A DNA stretch of 64,000 nucleotides from an uncultured Oscillospiraceae bacterium (GCA_963625935.1 CAVFVD010000009.1:4094-68093), one strand, 5' to 3'; shown: positions 21,693-30,427, counted from the stretch's first letter. Notes: a model not told the origin generated them from the sequence alone. Made by a program: numbers and translations.

Positions 21693-22205
21693 TTAGAACG
21701 GGAGGTCGCTCTCGGTCGGCTGCGGGCTTCCGAACAGCTGTTGCTGCTGCACGGGCTGTGCCGCTTGTGGCTGCTGTTGCGGTTGCGCCGCTTGCTGCAC
21801 GGGCGCGGCGGGCTGCTGCGGGGCAAAGCTCGTTTGCGCCTGCGGTTGCGCGGGTGCTTGCCCTTGTGTTTGCGCTTGCCCTTGCTCCGCGTTGTCCCGC
21901 CCTCCGCAGAACTCCAAGTCCCAAACTCGCAGTTCAAGGTTGGCGTGTGGTTGCCCTTGTCGGTCTATCCACGCGCGGCACGATACGCGTCCCGTCACCG
22001 CTACTTTCTTGCCCTTGGTGAGGTACGGGACAACTCCCGCCGTGTTGCCGCCCATCACGCAGTCAACGTAGGTTGTCTCTTCCGCTCCGTTTCTTGCTTT
22101 GCGGTTCACCGCCACGGAGAATGTGACGTAAGTTGCCGCTCCGTCCGCTGTGGCTCTCTGCACGGCGTTCGCCGTGAGGTTGCCGATAAATGTTGCTTGG
22201 TTCAT
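21693..22205 (-). CDS. ssb: Single-stranded DNA-binding protein
   Basis: MNQATFIGNLTANAV...YVDCVMGGNTAGVV...VAVTGRVSCRAWIDRQG, a Gln/Pro-rich linker and a DLPF C-terminal tip. Start taken at the internal ATG. Confidence 0.9.
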   Translation of the reverse strand: MNQATFIGNLTANAVQRATADGAATYVTFSVAVNRKARNGAEETTYVDCVMGGNTAGVVPYLTKGKKVAVTGRVSCRAWIDRQGQPHANLELRVWDLEFCGGRDNAEQGQAQTQGQAPAQPQAQTSFAPQQPAAPVQQAAQPQQQPQAAQPVQQQQLFGSPQPTESDLPF

Positions 22206-22325
22206 ATTGTCGTCTTGTTTATGTTTTCTCGCATTTAACGCGTTCTTTTTGCTTCGTTCGGTAAAGTGTACGCCTTTCGCTTTTGCGTGCGGCATTCGCG
22301 CGGAAAACCGCCAAATTCGCCGCGT

Positions 22326-23135
22326 TTACTTGCGCACCACGATTTGTCGTTTCTCTTCGTACTCCATCAGCGCGGGGATTTGGTCTTTCGCGATGTCCAC
22401 GGTCGCCCACCCGTTCACCCCGTAGCCTTTCGGGTTAAGCGCGGCGCGGAGTTCCTCCGTGTCCTTGATGATGCGGATGTCAAACTGCACGCGCTCCATC
22501 TTGTTGTACGCCTCGCGGGTGCAGCACCCCGTCCTGTCCTCTTCGGCTGCTCTCGCCGCCCTCGCCTTTTCCTCGGCTCGGCTTATAAGGTCATTTCGGT
22601 ATTTGAGGAACTTTTTCATCGCCTCGCCTATCATCATCAAGTCCACCGTCCCGTAAAACTTCCCGTACGCCCCGCCTTTGAGTTTCGCGAAGAAGAGCAA
22701 CAGCTCTCCGAGCTTCAAATGGTAGCACTGCGAGTAAAGCGTCCTTGCGCACTCGTCCATCTCGTATGTCGTTGCTTTTGCCGCCGCTCCGCCATACTCG
22801 TTGATGTCGCGCAGCTCTATCGCGAGCCACAATTCCGCCGCGTCCTGCCCGTACATGTTCCGCACGTCCACGAGGGTGGGGCAGTCTTTAAGCACGCAAT
22901 ATTCGGGAAACTTGGCGCAGACGGCTTGCTTGTCGGGCGCGAACGCCGCGAGGAGACTGTCCTTTGCCCCGTACTTAGAAAGGAAACTCCTCAACCTTGC
23001 CTGGGTCGCTGCTGGCAAGCTTTGCCGCCGCGTAGGCCTCAAACTCCCTTGTCCGCTGCTCGTAGGCATCTGCGTCCCTGCCGTAAATGTCTTTTCGTCC
23101 GCCTTGGTAGTTTTGCCGTTGTGGGTAAGTTCCAT
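22326..23135 (-). CDS. Hypothetical phage protein (start uncertain; listed start overlaps the upstream gene by about 160 nt)
   Basis: Track ORF. No ATG between 22975 and the NMYGQD region. Confidence 0.55.
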   Translation of the reverse strand: MELTHNGKTTKADEKTFTAGTQMPTSSGQGSLRPTRRQSLPAATQARLRSFLSKYGAKDSLLAAFAPDKQAVCAKFPEYCVLKDCPTLVDVRNMYGQDAAELWLAIELRDINEYGGAAAKATTYEMDECARTLYSQCYHLKLGELLLFFAKLKGGAYGKFYGTVDLMMIGEAMKKFLKYRNDLISRAEEKARAARAAEEDRTGCCTREAYNKMERVQFDIRIIKDTEELRAALNPKGYGVNGWATVDIAKDQIPALMEYEEKRQIVVRK

Positions 23136-23982
23136 TTTGCGTGTTGTTGGTTGTTGTGGTTGTTGTTGGGCGGTTGTCGTAGTTGCCCTCCATCACTTTC
23201 AGAAAGTTTGTCGGGCGCATCACCCAGTCAAATGACGCGAGGAAGCCGCGCCCGTTGCCCCCGTTGAGGAAGCTGCTCGCCGCCGCCTTTTGTATCACGT
23301 CCAGCACCGCCGCCTCTCCGTGCTGCGCCGCCCGCGCCGCGACCGCCCTCTTGCGGATGTCTGTCATTTTCGCTATCATCGGGATTTTCGCTTTTGACAC
23401 AGCGAGGTTCCACGAGACTTTCACCTTTGCGAAGAACTCCGCAGTCTCCGCCGCCGTCTCCCTCTTCGCCTTAAACGCGTTTTTCTCCTCCTCAGAATTT
23501 TCTTCCTCGCGTGCGCGTGACAACCTCTGAGGGTCAATTGAACTTGTTTCAATTGACGAAGAAAAAGGTTTATCCTTTTTCTCTTCTATCTCTTCCTTGT
23601 TCTTCGTTCCTTGTTCCTTGTTCCTTGTTTCTATTCCTTGTTCCTTGTTATTGTATCCGCTCGTATTACGCTCGTATTCGCTCGTATTATCCGTATCGTC
23701 TAATTCTACGTTCGTATTCTTCTGCTTAGCCCATCTTGATTTTATCGCGTTCCTGCGCTGCTCAATGAACGCGTCCTGCTTCCTCTCGTTCGCGTCAATG
23801 GTCTGCCGAATGTTCATCATTATGCTTTCAAGGTAGTAGGCCATCTCCGTCAAGACGTGGTTGAACGCGTAGTCGCAAATGCTTTCGTACACGAGGAGCT
23901 TCTCCTCGTTCGGCAGCAGCCTCATCTGCTCGTACCACCTGCGGTAGAACAGGAAGTTAAGTCTTTCCTTATCCTCGTCCAT
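22975..23982 (-). CDS. Replication-organiser-like protein (DUF6291/Lin1244-like N-terminus, guess)
   Basis: MDEDKERLNFLFYRRWYEQMRLLPNEEKLLVYESICDYAF..., a low-complexity NKEQG linker and a conserved-looking C-terminal domain. Confidence 0.6.
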   Translation of the reverse strand: MDEDKERLNFLFYRRWYEQMRLLPNEEKLLVYESICDYAFNHVLTEMAYYLESIMMNIRQTIDANERKQDAFIEQRRNAIKSRWAKQKNTNVELDDTDNTSEYERNTSGYNNKEQGIETRNKEQGTKNKEEIEEKKDKPFSSSIETSSIDPQRLSRAREEENSEEEKNAFKAKRETAAETAEFFAKVKVSWNLAVSKAKIPMIAKMTDIRKRAVAARAAQHGEAAVLDVIQKAAASSFLNGGNGRGFLASFDWVMRPTNFLKVMEGNYDNRPTTTTTTNNTQNGTYPQRQNYQGGRKDIYGRDADAYEQRTREFEAYAAAKLASSDPGKVEEFPF

Positions 23983-24093
23983 ATCTCAAAATCTCTTTGC
24001 ACCCCGCCCCGCGCCCGCCGCGAGACAACAACAATCACTTTTCCAATAAAACCTAACCTTTGGGCGCGGGGCGCGTCTGTGTGCGTATGTGTG

Positions 24094-25038
24094 TTATTTC
24101 ACGAGGAACGTCCTGTTCCCCTTTGATACCTTGATGTAGTCCATATAGTCCTCGGGATGCTCGCTCTTGAAACGCTTGGTGTCAAACGTCTCGCGGTCCT
24201 TGCCCGTCTTCCAAGTGAACAGCGTCTGCCCGTTGTAGGTCGCTTTCTGCGCCGCGCCCATCGCGAGCTTCACTTGCTCCTTCATCCCGTTCGCCTCGGC
24301 TTCCAGCCGCTTTATCTCCTCCATCTTGCAGGCAAGCTCGGAGTGCAAGTGGTACAAGTCCTCGTCCACCTCTATGCTCGTGCCGTCATCGGCGCGGTAC
24401 TTGGCCACCACGTCCGCTTCGCTCCGCATCTCGGGTTCTTTCCCGCCTATCACGTTCTCTTGCCAAAAGCGCGTCACCTCGCCTATCATGTAGCGGAAGA
24501 ACTCGGGGTTGAACTCCACCTCGGCGTAGCCGAACTCCCTGCCGCTCATCAGCCAAGCTATGTTGCAGTGGTCTTTCTGCCCGATGCCCATTTGGTATTG
24601 CACTTGGCAAAACCAATATTCGGGAAGCGTCTCCGCGTCAACTTTCAGCTGCGTGCTTTTGCATTCCAGTATCCCGCCGCCCTCAAACTCTCTGTCGGGG
24701 CTTGCCCGTAAAAAGTCGTATTCGGGGTGGACGTACATATACTCCGCTTCGCTCCACGGTTCCACGCGCTTGCCCGTCTCCTCTTGCCAAAGGTCGGCGA
24801 TTACGGGCTCCAGCTTGTGTCCCATCTTCATCAGGAAGTTCTCGCTCTCCTTTTGCGCCTCGCCCCTCTTTGAGAGCCAAAGCTGGTAGGGGGACGACCA
24901 CTTGTTGCAGCCGAGTATCGTTGCCACGTCCGAGCTTCCTATGCCGCTTCTGCGGTTTTGCAGCCATTCCGCGTGGTTGCTCCCTGCGTTGAGGAGTATC
25001 GGCTTCTTGTCCGTGAGGAAAATTCCGTTGCTTGCCAT
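24094..25038 (-). CDS. YqaJ-like (lambda Exo-type) recombination exonuclease
   Basis: GIGSSDVATILGCNKWSSPYQLWLSKRGE...LECKST..., directly downstream of recT. Confidence 0.85.
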   Translation of the reverse strand: MASNGIFLTDKKPILLNAGSNHAEWLQNRRSGIGSSDVATILGCNKWSSPYQLWLSKRGEAQKESENFLMKMGHKLEPVIADLWQEETGKRVEPWSEAEYMYVHPEYDFLRASPDREFEGGGILECKSTQLKVDAETLPEYWFCQVQYQMGIGQKDHCNIAWLMSGREFGYAEVEFNPEFFRYMIGEVTRFWQENVIGGKEPEMRSEADVVAKYRADDGTSIEVDEDLYHLHSELACKMEEIKRLEAEANGMKEQVKLAMGAAQKATYNGQTLFTWKTGKDRETFDTKRFKSEHPEDYMDYIKVSKGNRTFLVK

Positions 25039-25074
25039 CTGATGTGTCTTGTTTGTTGGTTTGTTGTTATGTCG

Positions 25075-25977
25075 TTATTCTGAAAGTATCTCGCCCGTGG
25101 TCTCGTCTACGTTCATCACGCCGTCTGCGCTGTTCCCGCTCTCTGTCGCGGGTGCTGCCGCCATTTCCTCGGCTTCCCTCACTGGCTCGTAGACCGCGTC
25201 CTCTATCTTGTACGCGCCGTCCTTTGAGAAATTGTCGGGCGTTATCACCGCTTCGTCACTCTGTATCGCGCTCATCGTGTCTATGTTCAGCGGGAGGTAC
25301 TTGGAAAGCTGCTTCAAGGCTTTCGCTTTCGCCATCGCTTCGTAGTCGGTCAGCCACGCGCCCTTTACGCCCTTTGCCTGCATTTGGTTTCTCAGCCGCA
25401 GCCGCTCCACCTCTTGGCGGGAAAGCACCACGAAGTTGCAGCCGCCGTCCGCGAAGTGGCACACGGCGTAGACGTGCGTCATAGGCTTTGAGGGGTCAAG
25501 CTTGGGCTTGTGGGTCAGCTTGGGTTCAAGCCCGTACTCGCACTCGAAGTCGTCCCCCTCGCGCACCACCTCGGCGTATATCATCTTCACGCGCCCGCTG
25601 CGGCGTGCAAGCTCTATCATTCCCCGGTAGCCAATTTGGAACTGAACTTGGTTGCCGTAGGGGACGAAGTAGCAATAGCCCAGCGCGTCCACGGGCGGGA
25701 AGCCCAGCACGCTCGCTTGCATCACCGAGCCGAGCAAGCTCGCGGGGGTGCATTTCGCGATGTTCGGGTTGCGTGCTATTGTGGTCGCCGCCATCTGTAT
25801 GATGCGCTCCGCCGTGAGGTGCTTGGGAAGCACCGCCGCAAGGCGGCTCTTCATCGGCGCGAGGTAGCTCGCAATGTCGCCCTGCGTCATTCCCGAAAGG
25901 CTGTTCTGCTCTTTCGCGCGGGTTGACACGCTCTTGCGCATCGCTTCTTTCACTTGCAGGTTGGTGTTGGTCTCCAT
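25075..25977 (-). CDS. recT: RecT-family single-strand annealing protein
   Basis: Typical RecT sequence (SLLGSVMQASVLGFPPVDALGYCYFVPYGNQVQFQIGYRGMIELARRSG). Confidence 0.9.
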   Translation of the reverse strand: METNTNLQVKEAMRKSVSTRAKEQNSLSGMTQGDIASYLAPMKSRLAAVLPKHLTAERIIQMAATTIARNPNIAKCTPASLLGSVMQASVLGFPPVDALGYCYFVPYGNQVQFQIGYRGMIELARRSGRVKMIYAEVVREGDDFECEYGLEPKLTHKPKLDPSKPMTHVYAVCHFADGGCNFVVLSRQEVERLRLRNQMQAKGVKGAWLTDYEAMAKAKALKQLSKYLPLNIDTMSAIQSDEAVITPDNFSKDGAYKIEDAVYEPVREAEEMAAAPATESGNSADGVMNVDETTGEILSE

Positions 25978-26031
25978 ACTCTCTTTTTCTTTGATTGTTT
26001 GAATTTGTTGCTTGTCGTTCTCTGCCCGCCG

Positions 26032-26232
26032 TCAGAACATTGATATGCGCCAACAGTCGTGTATTGCCTTGCCCGTGTAGTAGGGGCGCAAGTTTGACAT
26101 TCTGCGGTTCTCCTTGATTAGCCCGTTTTGCGCGTATCGGCGCAGGGTGTTCCTGCATATTCCAAGTATCGCGCAAGTCTGCTTCACGCTAAATCGCGCA
26201 GTGGGCGGCACGTTGGGTTCTTTCGCTTTCAT
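26032..26232 (-). CDS. Excisionase/MerR-type helix-turn-helix protein
   Basis: FSVKQTCAILGICRNTLRRYAQNGLI. Confidence 0.65.
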   Translation of the reverse strand: MKAKEPNVPPTARFSVKQTCAILGICRNTLRRYAQNGLIKENRRMSNLRPYYTGKAIHDCWRISMF

Positions 26233-26465
26233 ACTCGTTCGGTTTGGGTGGAGGTTTGCGGTTGTTTCTTTTCTACAAGCCCAGCCTTTATCACTACGTC
26301 CCGCACTGTCGGAACGCTCACGCCTACGCTCCTTGCGACAACATTGTATATCCGGTAATTAGGGGCGGTGGTGTATTCTTCCCGCAATTCCTTGAATTCC
26401 TCTCTTATCCGTGCGTGGCGTTCTTTCAGCCTCTTCTCATATTTCGTCTGTAGTTCGTTCTCCAT
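26229..26465 (-). CDS. Small HTH-like protein, paralogue 2
   Basis: MENELQTKYEKRLKERHARIREEFKELREE...NYRIYNVVARSVGVSVPTVRDVVIKAGLV. Confidence 0.55.
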   Translation of the reverse strand: MENELQTKYEKRLKERHARIREEFKELREEYTTAPNYRIYNVVARSVGVSVPTVRDVVIKAGLVEKKQPQTSTQTERV

Positions 26466-26709
26466 TGTCTTTCCTCCTGTTTTTAGTTTGTGCCTTGCGT
26501 TTTCTTTCCACCACAAGCCCTGCGTCAATTACCGCCTTGCGAACTGTTGCGCAACTTATTCCCGCGTGCGCCGCGATAAGGGCGTACAGCCCATAATTGG
26601 AACGCGTTTTGTGGGTCTTGCGCAGCTCTGCGAATTGGGCGACTATCCGCTCGTTTCTCCCCTTGACGTACGCTTTCAGCTCTGCGAGCCATTTCTCGTT
26701 TGCTGCCAT
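26437..26709 (-). CDS. Small HTH-like protein, paralogue 1
   Basis: MAANEKWLAELKAYVKGRNERIVAQFAELRKT...NYGLYALIAAHAGISCATVRKAVIDAGLV. The ATG follows the upstream stop (TAAGGAGATG). Confidence 0.55.
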   Translation of the reverse strand: MAANEKWLAELKAYVKGRNERIVAQFAELRKTHKTRSNYGLYALIAAHAGISCATVRKAVIDAGLVVERKRKAQTKNRRKDNGERTTDEI

Positions 26710-26713
26710 CTCC

Positions 26714-26965
26714 TTACTCCATTTTGTAGTCCATAACTGTGTCGCGCATTTTGTGCAGAATGGATATGCAGTCCTGTTGCAGTATGTCCGCCCGCACCAT
26801 CGGCACGCCGTCAACGGCTATGTAGGTCGTGGCGTTCCACTCCTTGAGCTGTATGCGCTCCGCAAGCTCGCTCCGCAGCTGCTTGCGCCGCCGCTCCGTC
26901 TTGCGCCATCTGCGCTCCGTCTTGATGTTTTTAAGCCATTGGCTTATGTCGCTTATCGTTTTCAT
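26714..26965 (-). CDS. Hypothetical protein (83 aa)
   Basis: Internal ATG of a track ORF (MKTISDISQWLKNIK...). Confidence 0.5.
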   Translation of the reverse strand: MKTISDISQWLKNIKTERRWRKTERRRKQLRSELAERIQLKEWNATTYIAVDGVPMVRADILQQDCISILHKMRDTVMDYKME

Positions 26966-26979
26966 ACTCTCTGTTTTTG

Positions 26980-27405
26980 TCAGTCTATAAAGTCCGTGAA
27001 TTCCTCCACCTCTTCCCCGCCGAGGAGAAACGGCTTCTTGTGGCACACATAGCCTTTCCAGCCGCCGTCCGTCTCTACCTTGAACATGTGGTATCCCGCG
27101 CCGCGCAGGGCTTTGAATGCTGCCGCCATCTCGCAGCCGCGTATCCGCACAAAGTCTTCGCCCGTCCGCTTGTACCCGCAGAACAAGGGGCTTACAGTGC
27201 TGATGTGGGTGTGCGCCTCGTAGAACTTTGGCTCGTTGCTGAACCAGTTGTGCGGGTGGTAAACCTTGCAGTAGTTGTTGTCGGTCAAGAATGCGTATAT
27301 AAGTGCCTGTACCACCTCCACCCGCGCTTCCGTGGGCTGCACATAGTCGTTTTCCGGGACGTAGAGCGTCATTCCGCTTTCCGCCTTGTTCGTGTTGTCT
27401 TCCAT
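26980..27405 (-). CDS. Hypothetical protein (141 aa)
   Basis: Internal ATG at 27405 (MEDNTNKAESGMTLYVPENDY...). The upstream part of the track ORF looks off-frame. Confidence 0.55.
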   Translation of the reverse strand: MEDNTNKAESGMTLYVPENDYVQPTEARVEVVQALIYAFLTDNNYCKVYHPHNWFSNEPKFYEAHTHISTVSPLFCGYKRTGEDFVRIRGCEMAAAFKALRGAGYHMFKVETDGGWKGYVCHKKPFLLGGEEVEEFTDFID

Positions 27406-27430
27406 CGTGATTGTTTTATGTGGTTTGTGG

Positions 27431-27739
27431 TTATTCGCTTTCAAGTTCAAGCCATCTCTGCGTGTAGTACACCTTGCACAACAGCGCGTCCCCGTATATC
27501 GGCATATCTGCGAACAGCGAAGCGGTCTTGTTGAACTCGTCCTTGCTCGCGTCTTTGTCGTAGCAAACCACGATGTCGCTGTTTTCGGGGAGCGCAACCG
27601 CGTAGTCCTTGGTGTTCAATAGCCCGTTGATTTCCTCGTCCGTGAACGCCTTTCCGTTGGCGGGCGTTTCTCTGCGTATCTTGCCGCCGCGCTTGGCGAA
27701 TGCCGCGCTTACGGCTTCCTTTCTTGCAGTCTGTTCCAT
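27431..27739 (-). CDS. Hypothetical protein (102 aa)
   Basis: Track ORF. Confidence 0.55.
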   Translation of the reverse strand: MEQTARKEAVSAAFAKRGGKIRRETPANGKAFTDEEINGLLNTKDYAVALPENSDIVVCYDKDASKDEFNKTASLFADMPIYGDALLCKVYYTQRWLELESE

Positions 27740-27779
27740 CGTGGTTGTCGCTTGTTTTAGTTGTTACTTGTTGTTTGTT

Positions 27780-27992
27780 TTATTCTGTCTCTTCGCCAAA
27801 GGCGGCGTTGTAGAAATCGTTTGCCCGCTTGGGGAGGATGCCCAGCTCGCCCGCCGTGATGAAAAGCACGCTCGCTGTGGTGGTCAGTGCAAGCCCCGCG
27901 AGCATTGCGCCAGCTTCGCCGCCGCTTGTCAGTATGCGCCCCGCGCCCGTTGCAAGCACGGCGAGTATTGAGATGAAATTGAGTGTCTTCAT
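27780..27992 (-). CDS. Small membrane protein (70 aa)
   Basis: MKTLNFISILAVLATGAGRILTSGGEAGAMLAGLALTTTASVLFITAG... Confidence 0.5.
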   Translation of the reverse strand: MKTLNFISILAVLATGAGRILTSGGEAGAMLAGLALTTTASVLFITAGELGILPKRANDFYNAAFGEETE

Positions 27993-28045
27993 TGTTTCTT
28001 TGTATTGTGGGCGGGCGGCGGTTCTGCCGCCCTGCCCGTGTTGTT

Positions 28046-28438
28046 TTATGCTATCTCTAAGTAGTTTTGCCCGAATTGCGTGCAGCACTCAACGTGCTTG
28101 CCGAAGCGGTCTTTGTTGTAGCTTATGCCTTTCAGCCATTGCCCAACTTGGTACGCGCCGCATTTCAAGACCTCTGCAACCGCCCAAGTCGTTTCGCGGA
28201 AGCGGGTGCAGCCGCCTTTCTGTGCTTTTCCGCCGAAGTAAACCAGCAATGCCTTTACCGCCGTCCCTGCAATCGTGGCGCAGTCCGCGTTCAAGAGGAG
28301 CAACTGGAAGTTGTTATAGTTCGGGTCGGTCTCCACATTGATTTCCTTGGCAATGAGCTTCAATGCGAACTCCTCTTCCTCGTTGAGGTTGAATTTCTTT
28401 ACCATTGCCTTGATGTCTGCTGCCTTGATTGCTTTCAT
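28046..28438 (-). CDS. First gene of the leftward early operon (130 aa), unknown function
   Basis: Track ORF immediately downstream of the leftward promoter. Confidence 0.6.
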   Translation of the reverse strand: MKAIKAADIKAMVKKFNLNEEEEFALKLIAKEINVETDPNYNNFQLLLLNADCATIAGTAVKALLVYFGGKAQKGGCTRFRETTWAVAEVLKCGAYQVGQWLKGISYNKDRFGKHVECCTQFGQNYLEIA

Positions 28439-28446
28439 TTGAGTGT

Positions 28447-28477
28447 TTTGTTTGTTTTCTTTATAATGTTATCTTTG
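28447..28477 (+). promoter_or_regulatory. Rightward Bacteroidetes-type promoter (TTTG, 19-nt spacer, TATCTTTG) reading toward the repressor gene
   Basis: TTTG at 28447-28450; TATCTTTG at 28470-28477. Confidence 0.6.
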
Positions 28478-28479
28478 CG

Positions 28480-28545
28480 CTAAGGTTTTCTCTAAGGCTT
28501 AGGCTAAGGCTTGGGCTAAGGCTTAGCCTTTGTCTTTCCCTAAGT
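28480..28545. promoter_or_regulatory. 12-bp-periodic CTAAGGCTT(A/G)GG array (putative operators)
   Basis: CTAAGG at 28480, 28492, 28504 and 28516, and CTAAGT at 28540. Units 2-4 contain the near-palindrome CTAAGGCTTAG. Confidence 0.55.
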
Positions 28546-28551
28546 GCAGTG

Positions 28552-28583
28552 CAAAGATATTACTAAAAGGGAATATTACCAAA
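28552..28583 (-). promoter_or_regulatory. Leftward Bacteroidetes-type promoter (TTTG, 20-nt spacer, TATCTTTG) reading toward the early operon
   Basis: Plus-strand CAAAGATA at 28552-28559 and CAAA at 28580-28583. Confidence 0.6.
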
Positions 28584-28645
28584 TAGAAATGTGGGAATTT
28601 TTTACCATTGGGTGATATTTTCCTCTAATCTATTGATTTTCAGAT

Positions 28646-29398
28646 ATGCAAGTTTACAAGTCTTTAAACGAGTTTCTAAAGAGCAATAATGTAGGACAGC
28701 AAGAGGTCGCCCAGCTTTTGGGCATCGGGCAGTCGTATGTAAGTCAAATGCTGAACGGGAAGAAACCTATCGGGAAAAGCAAGGCGGATATCCTCTCAAA
28801 AAAATATGGGCTTTCCAAATTGTGGCTTCTAACCGGCGAGGGCGAAATGTTAGCCAACCCCACGGAACAGGACAAAGTCCTTATCGCGAGCAACAACACC
28901 TACGGGGATAATGCGAGCGGCAACAACAATGTGACAATAAATAATAATGCCCCTCGCGCGGAGAAGAGAGAGACGGGCGCGGGCGTGCAGCTCCGCCCAG
29001 TGGTTACAAAGGAGCTGGCTTCGCGCCCCGACACAGACGTGTATATGGTGGTCAAGGACGGCGCGGCGGGAAATCTTAACACGATGGTTTCAATCCCGCC
29101 TTACAACAACTTTGATTTTTACTACCAAGTAAGGCAGGACGCAATGGAACCGTTGTACCGACAAGGCGAGGTCGTGGCACTCGCGCACCTTGACCCCGAC
29201 GCGGACATTATACAAGGCGCGGCAATGGTGGTTGACACCAAGGACTTCGGCTTCGTCCTCCGCAACGTGTACGACCGTGGGGACTACTACGAGTGCCGCT
29301 GCGTCAATAAGGATAGCAAGTTTGAGTCGCAGAATATCAGCAAGGAAAAGGTTATCCGCCTTTACCGAATTGTGTACACCGTCAGATTGGGGGACTGA
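28646..29398 (+). CDS. Phage repressor: XRE-type HTH plus S24/LexA-like C-terminal domain (catalytic residues apparently substituted)
   Basis: QQEVAQLLGIGQSYVSQMLNGKK at the N-terminus. The C-terminus has VRQDAMEPLYRQGEVVAL in place of the usual GDSMEP motif. Confidence 0.8.
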   Translation: MQVYKSLNEFLKSNNVGQQEVAQLLGIGQSYVSQMLNGKKPIGKSKADILSKKYGLSKLWLLTGEGEMLANPTEQDKVLIASNNTYGDNASGNNNVTINNNAPRAEKRETGAGVQLRPVVTKELASRPDTDVYMVVKDGAAGNLNTMVSIPPYNNFDFYYQVRQDAMEPLYRQGEVVALAHLDPDADIIQGAAMVVDTKDFGFVLRNVYDRGDYYECRCVNKDSKFESQNISKEKVIRLYRIVYTVRLGD

Positions 29399-29599
29399 AT
29401 TATGACAAAGCAACTGCAAGAGCTTCTCGCGCGTGCGTACGCGCAAAGCATTAAAAAGGTGGTCGTGGTGCAGGGCGGCGGAGAGCCGACTTGTTGACGG
29501 AAACAAAATGTTTCCCTCGCGCGTGCGCGCCCACGCGTATATATAAACAAGGCGTGCAGACCTCAACCCGCACGCCTTTCCCGTTTCCCGCCCTGCGAA

Positions 29600-29944
29600 T
29601 TAGAATGACTGCATATAGAGCCAAATCTTACCGCACAGCGCATCCTCGTCCTCAAAGAAAAACGCCGTCGCCGTCTCTACGATGTCGGCTTCTGACAGCA
29701 CTTTGTTCAAGTCCGCATAAGCGGCATTGTATGCCACCCACTTGTCGTAGGGCGTTACGCACTCTTTGAATTGCACGCCCGCCGTAAGGCTCTCAACCTC
29801 TTCAAGCGACCAGTGCGCTCCCTTATGCTCCATGCCCGCCTTGTCGGTGTAGTATATCCGCGCAACGGCGCGTTCCGCGTCCTCTTTGCTGAAATGCCTG
29901 CACGCGCCCGCGTCCGCATTTCCGATAATGTAAATCGTCCTCAT
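29600..29944 (-). CDS. Hypothetical protein (114 aa)
   Basis: Track ORF. Confidence 0.55.
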   Translation of the reverse strand: MRTIYIIGNADAGACRHFSKEDAERAVARIYYTDKAGMEHKGAHWSLEEVESLTAGVQFKECVTPYDKWVAYNAAYADLNKVLSEADIVETATAFFFEDEDALCGKIWLYMQSF

Positions 29945-29950
29945 AGCGCG

Positions 29951-30427
29951 TCATTTCTTGAACTCGTTAATGAAATCCCGCAGCTGCTGCCCGATGCTGC
30001 GCACCTCGCTCTCTATCCCCTCAATGCGCCTGTCTTGCGCCTTGCGCTCCGCAAGCGCGGGGTTCAGCTCTTCCAGCAACGCTGCCGCGCGTCCCGCGAC
30101 TTCCTTGTGCCGCTCCGTCTGCGCAAGTGCTTCCTCGGCGGCGGTCTTTATCGCTTCAAGCTCGCGCGTCACTCCGTCCTTGTCGGTTGAAAGCACCAGC
30201 TGCCCCGCGTAAGTCACCGCGCCCGTTTCGGGTATTGCGTAGGTGCGGGTCGCGCCCTCCGCCTGTATCGTAACGTCCACCACCATCTGCGAGCTGGCAA
30301 AGCCCGCCCCGCCCGCCATCTCTATGCGCGGCGGCGAAACACTCACAACCTTTCCCGTGTAGTGCCGCACTCTCTCCTTGTCAAGAAAATGCACAATGTA
30401 ATTCGGTTTCGTGTCTTTGAACAGCAT
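29951..30427 (-). CDS. Hypothetical protein with coiled-coil C-terminus
   Basis: Internal ATG (MLFKDTKPNYIVHFLDKERV...). Confidence 0.5.
   Translation of the reverse strand: MLFKDTKPNYIVHFLDKERVRHYTGKVVSVSPPRIEMAGGAGFASSQMVVDVTIQAEGATRTYAIPETGAVTYAGQLVLSTDKDGVTRELEAIKTAAEEALAQTERHKEVAGRAAALLEELNPALAERKAQDRRIEGIESEVRSIGQQLRDFINEFKK

Noticed and set aside
23560-23720. Short DNA microrepeats (TTCCTTGT and CGCTCGTATT units)
   Set aside because: They lie inside the 22975-23982 CDS and encode a low-complexity Asn/Lys/Glu/Gln linker between its two domains. Nothing suggests a separate feature.
26710-26814. CxxC...CxxC zinc-ribbon-like N-terminal extension of ORF 26437-26814
   Set aside because: This stretch is the off-frame of the 3' end of the upstream gene (26714-26965). 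A clean ATG directly follows that gene's stop, so the shorter start at 26709 is preferred.
29402-29497. 31-codon plus-strand ORF just after the repressor gene (MTKQLQELLARAYAQSIKKVVVVQGGGEPTC)
   Set aside because: It is too short and featureless to support without comparative data.
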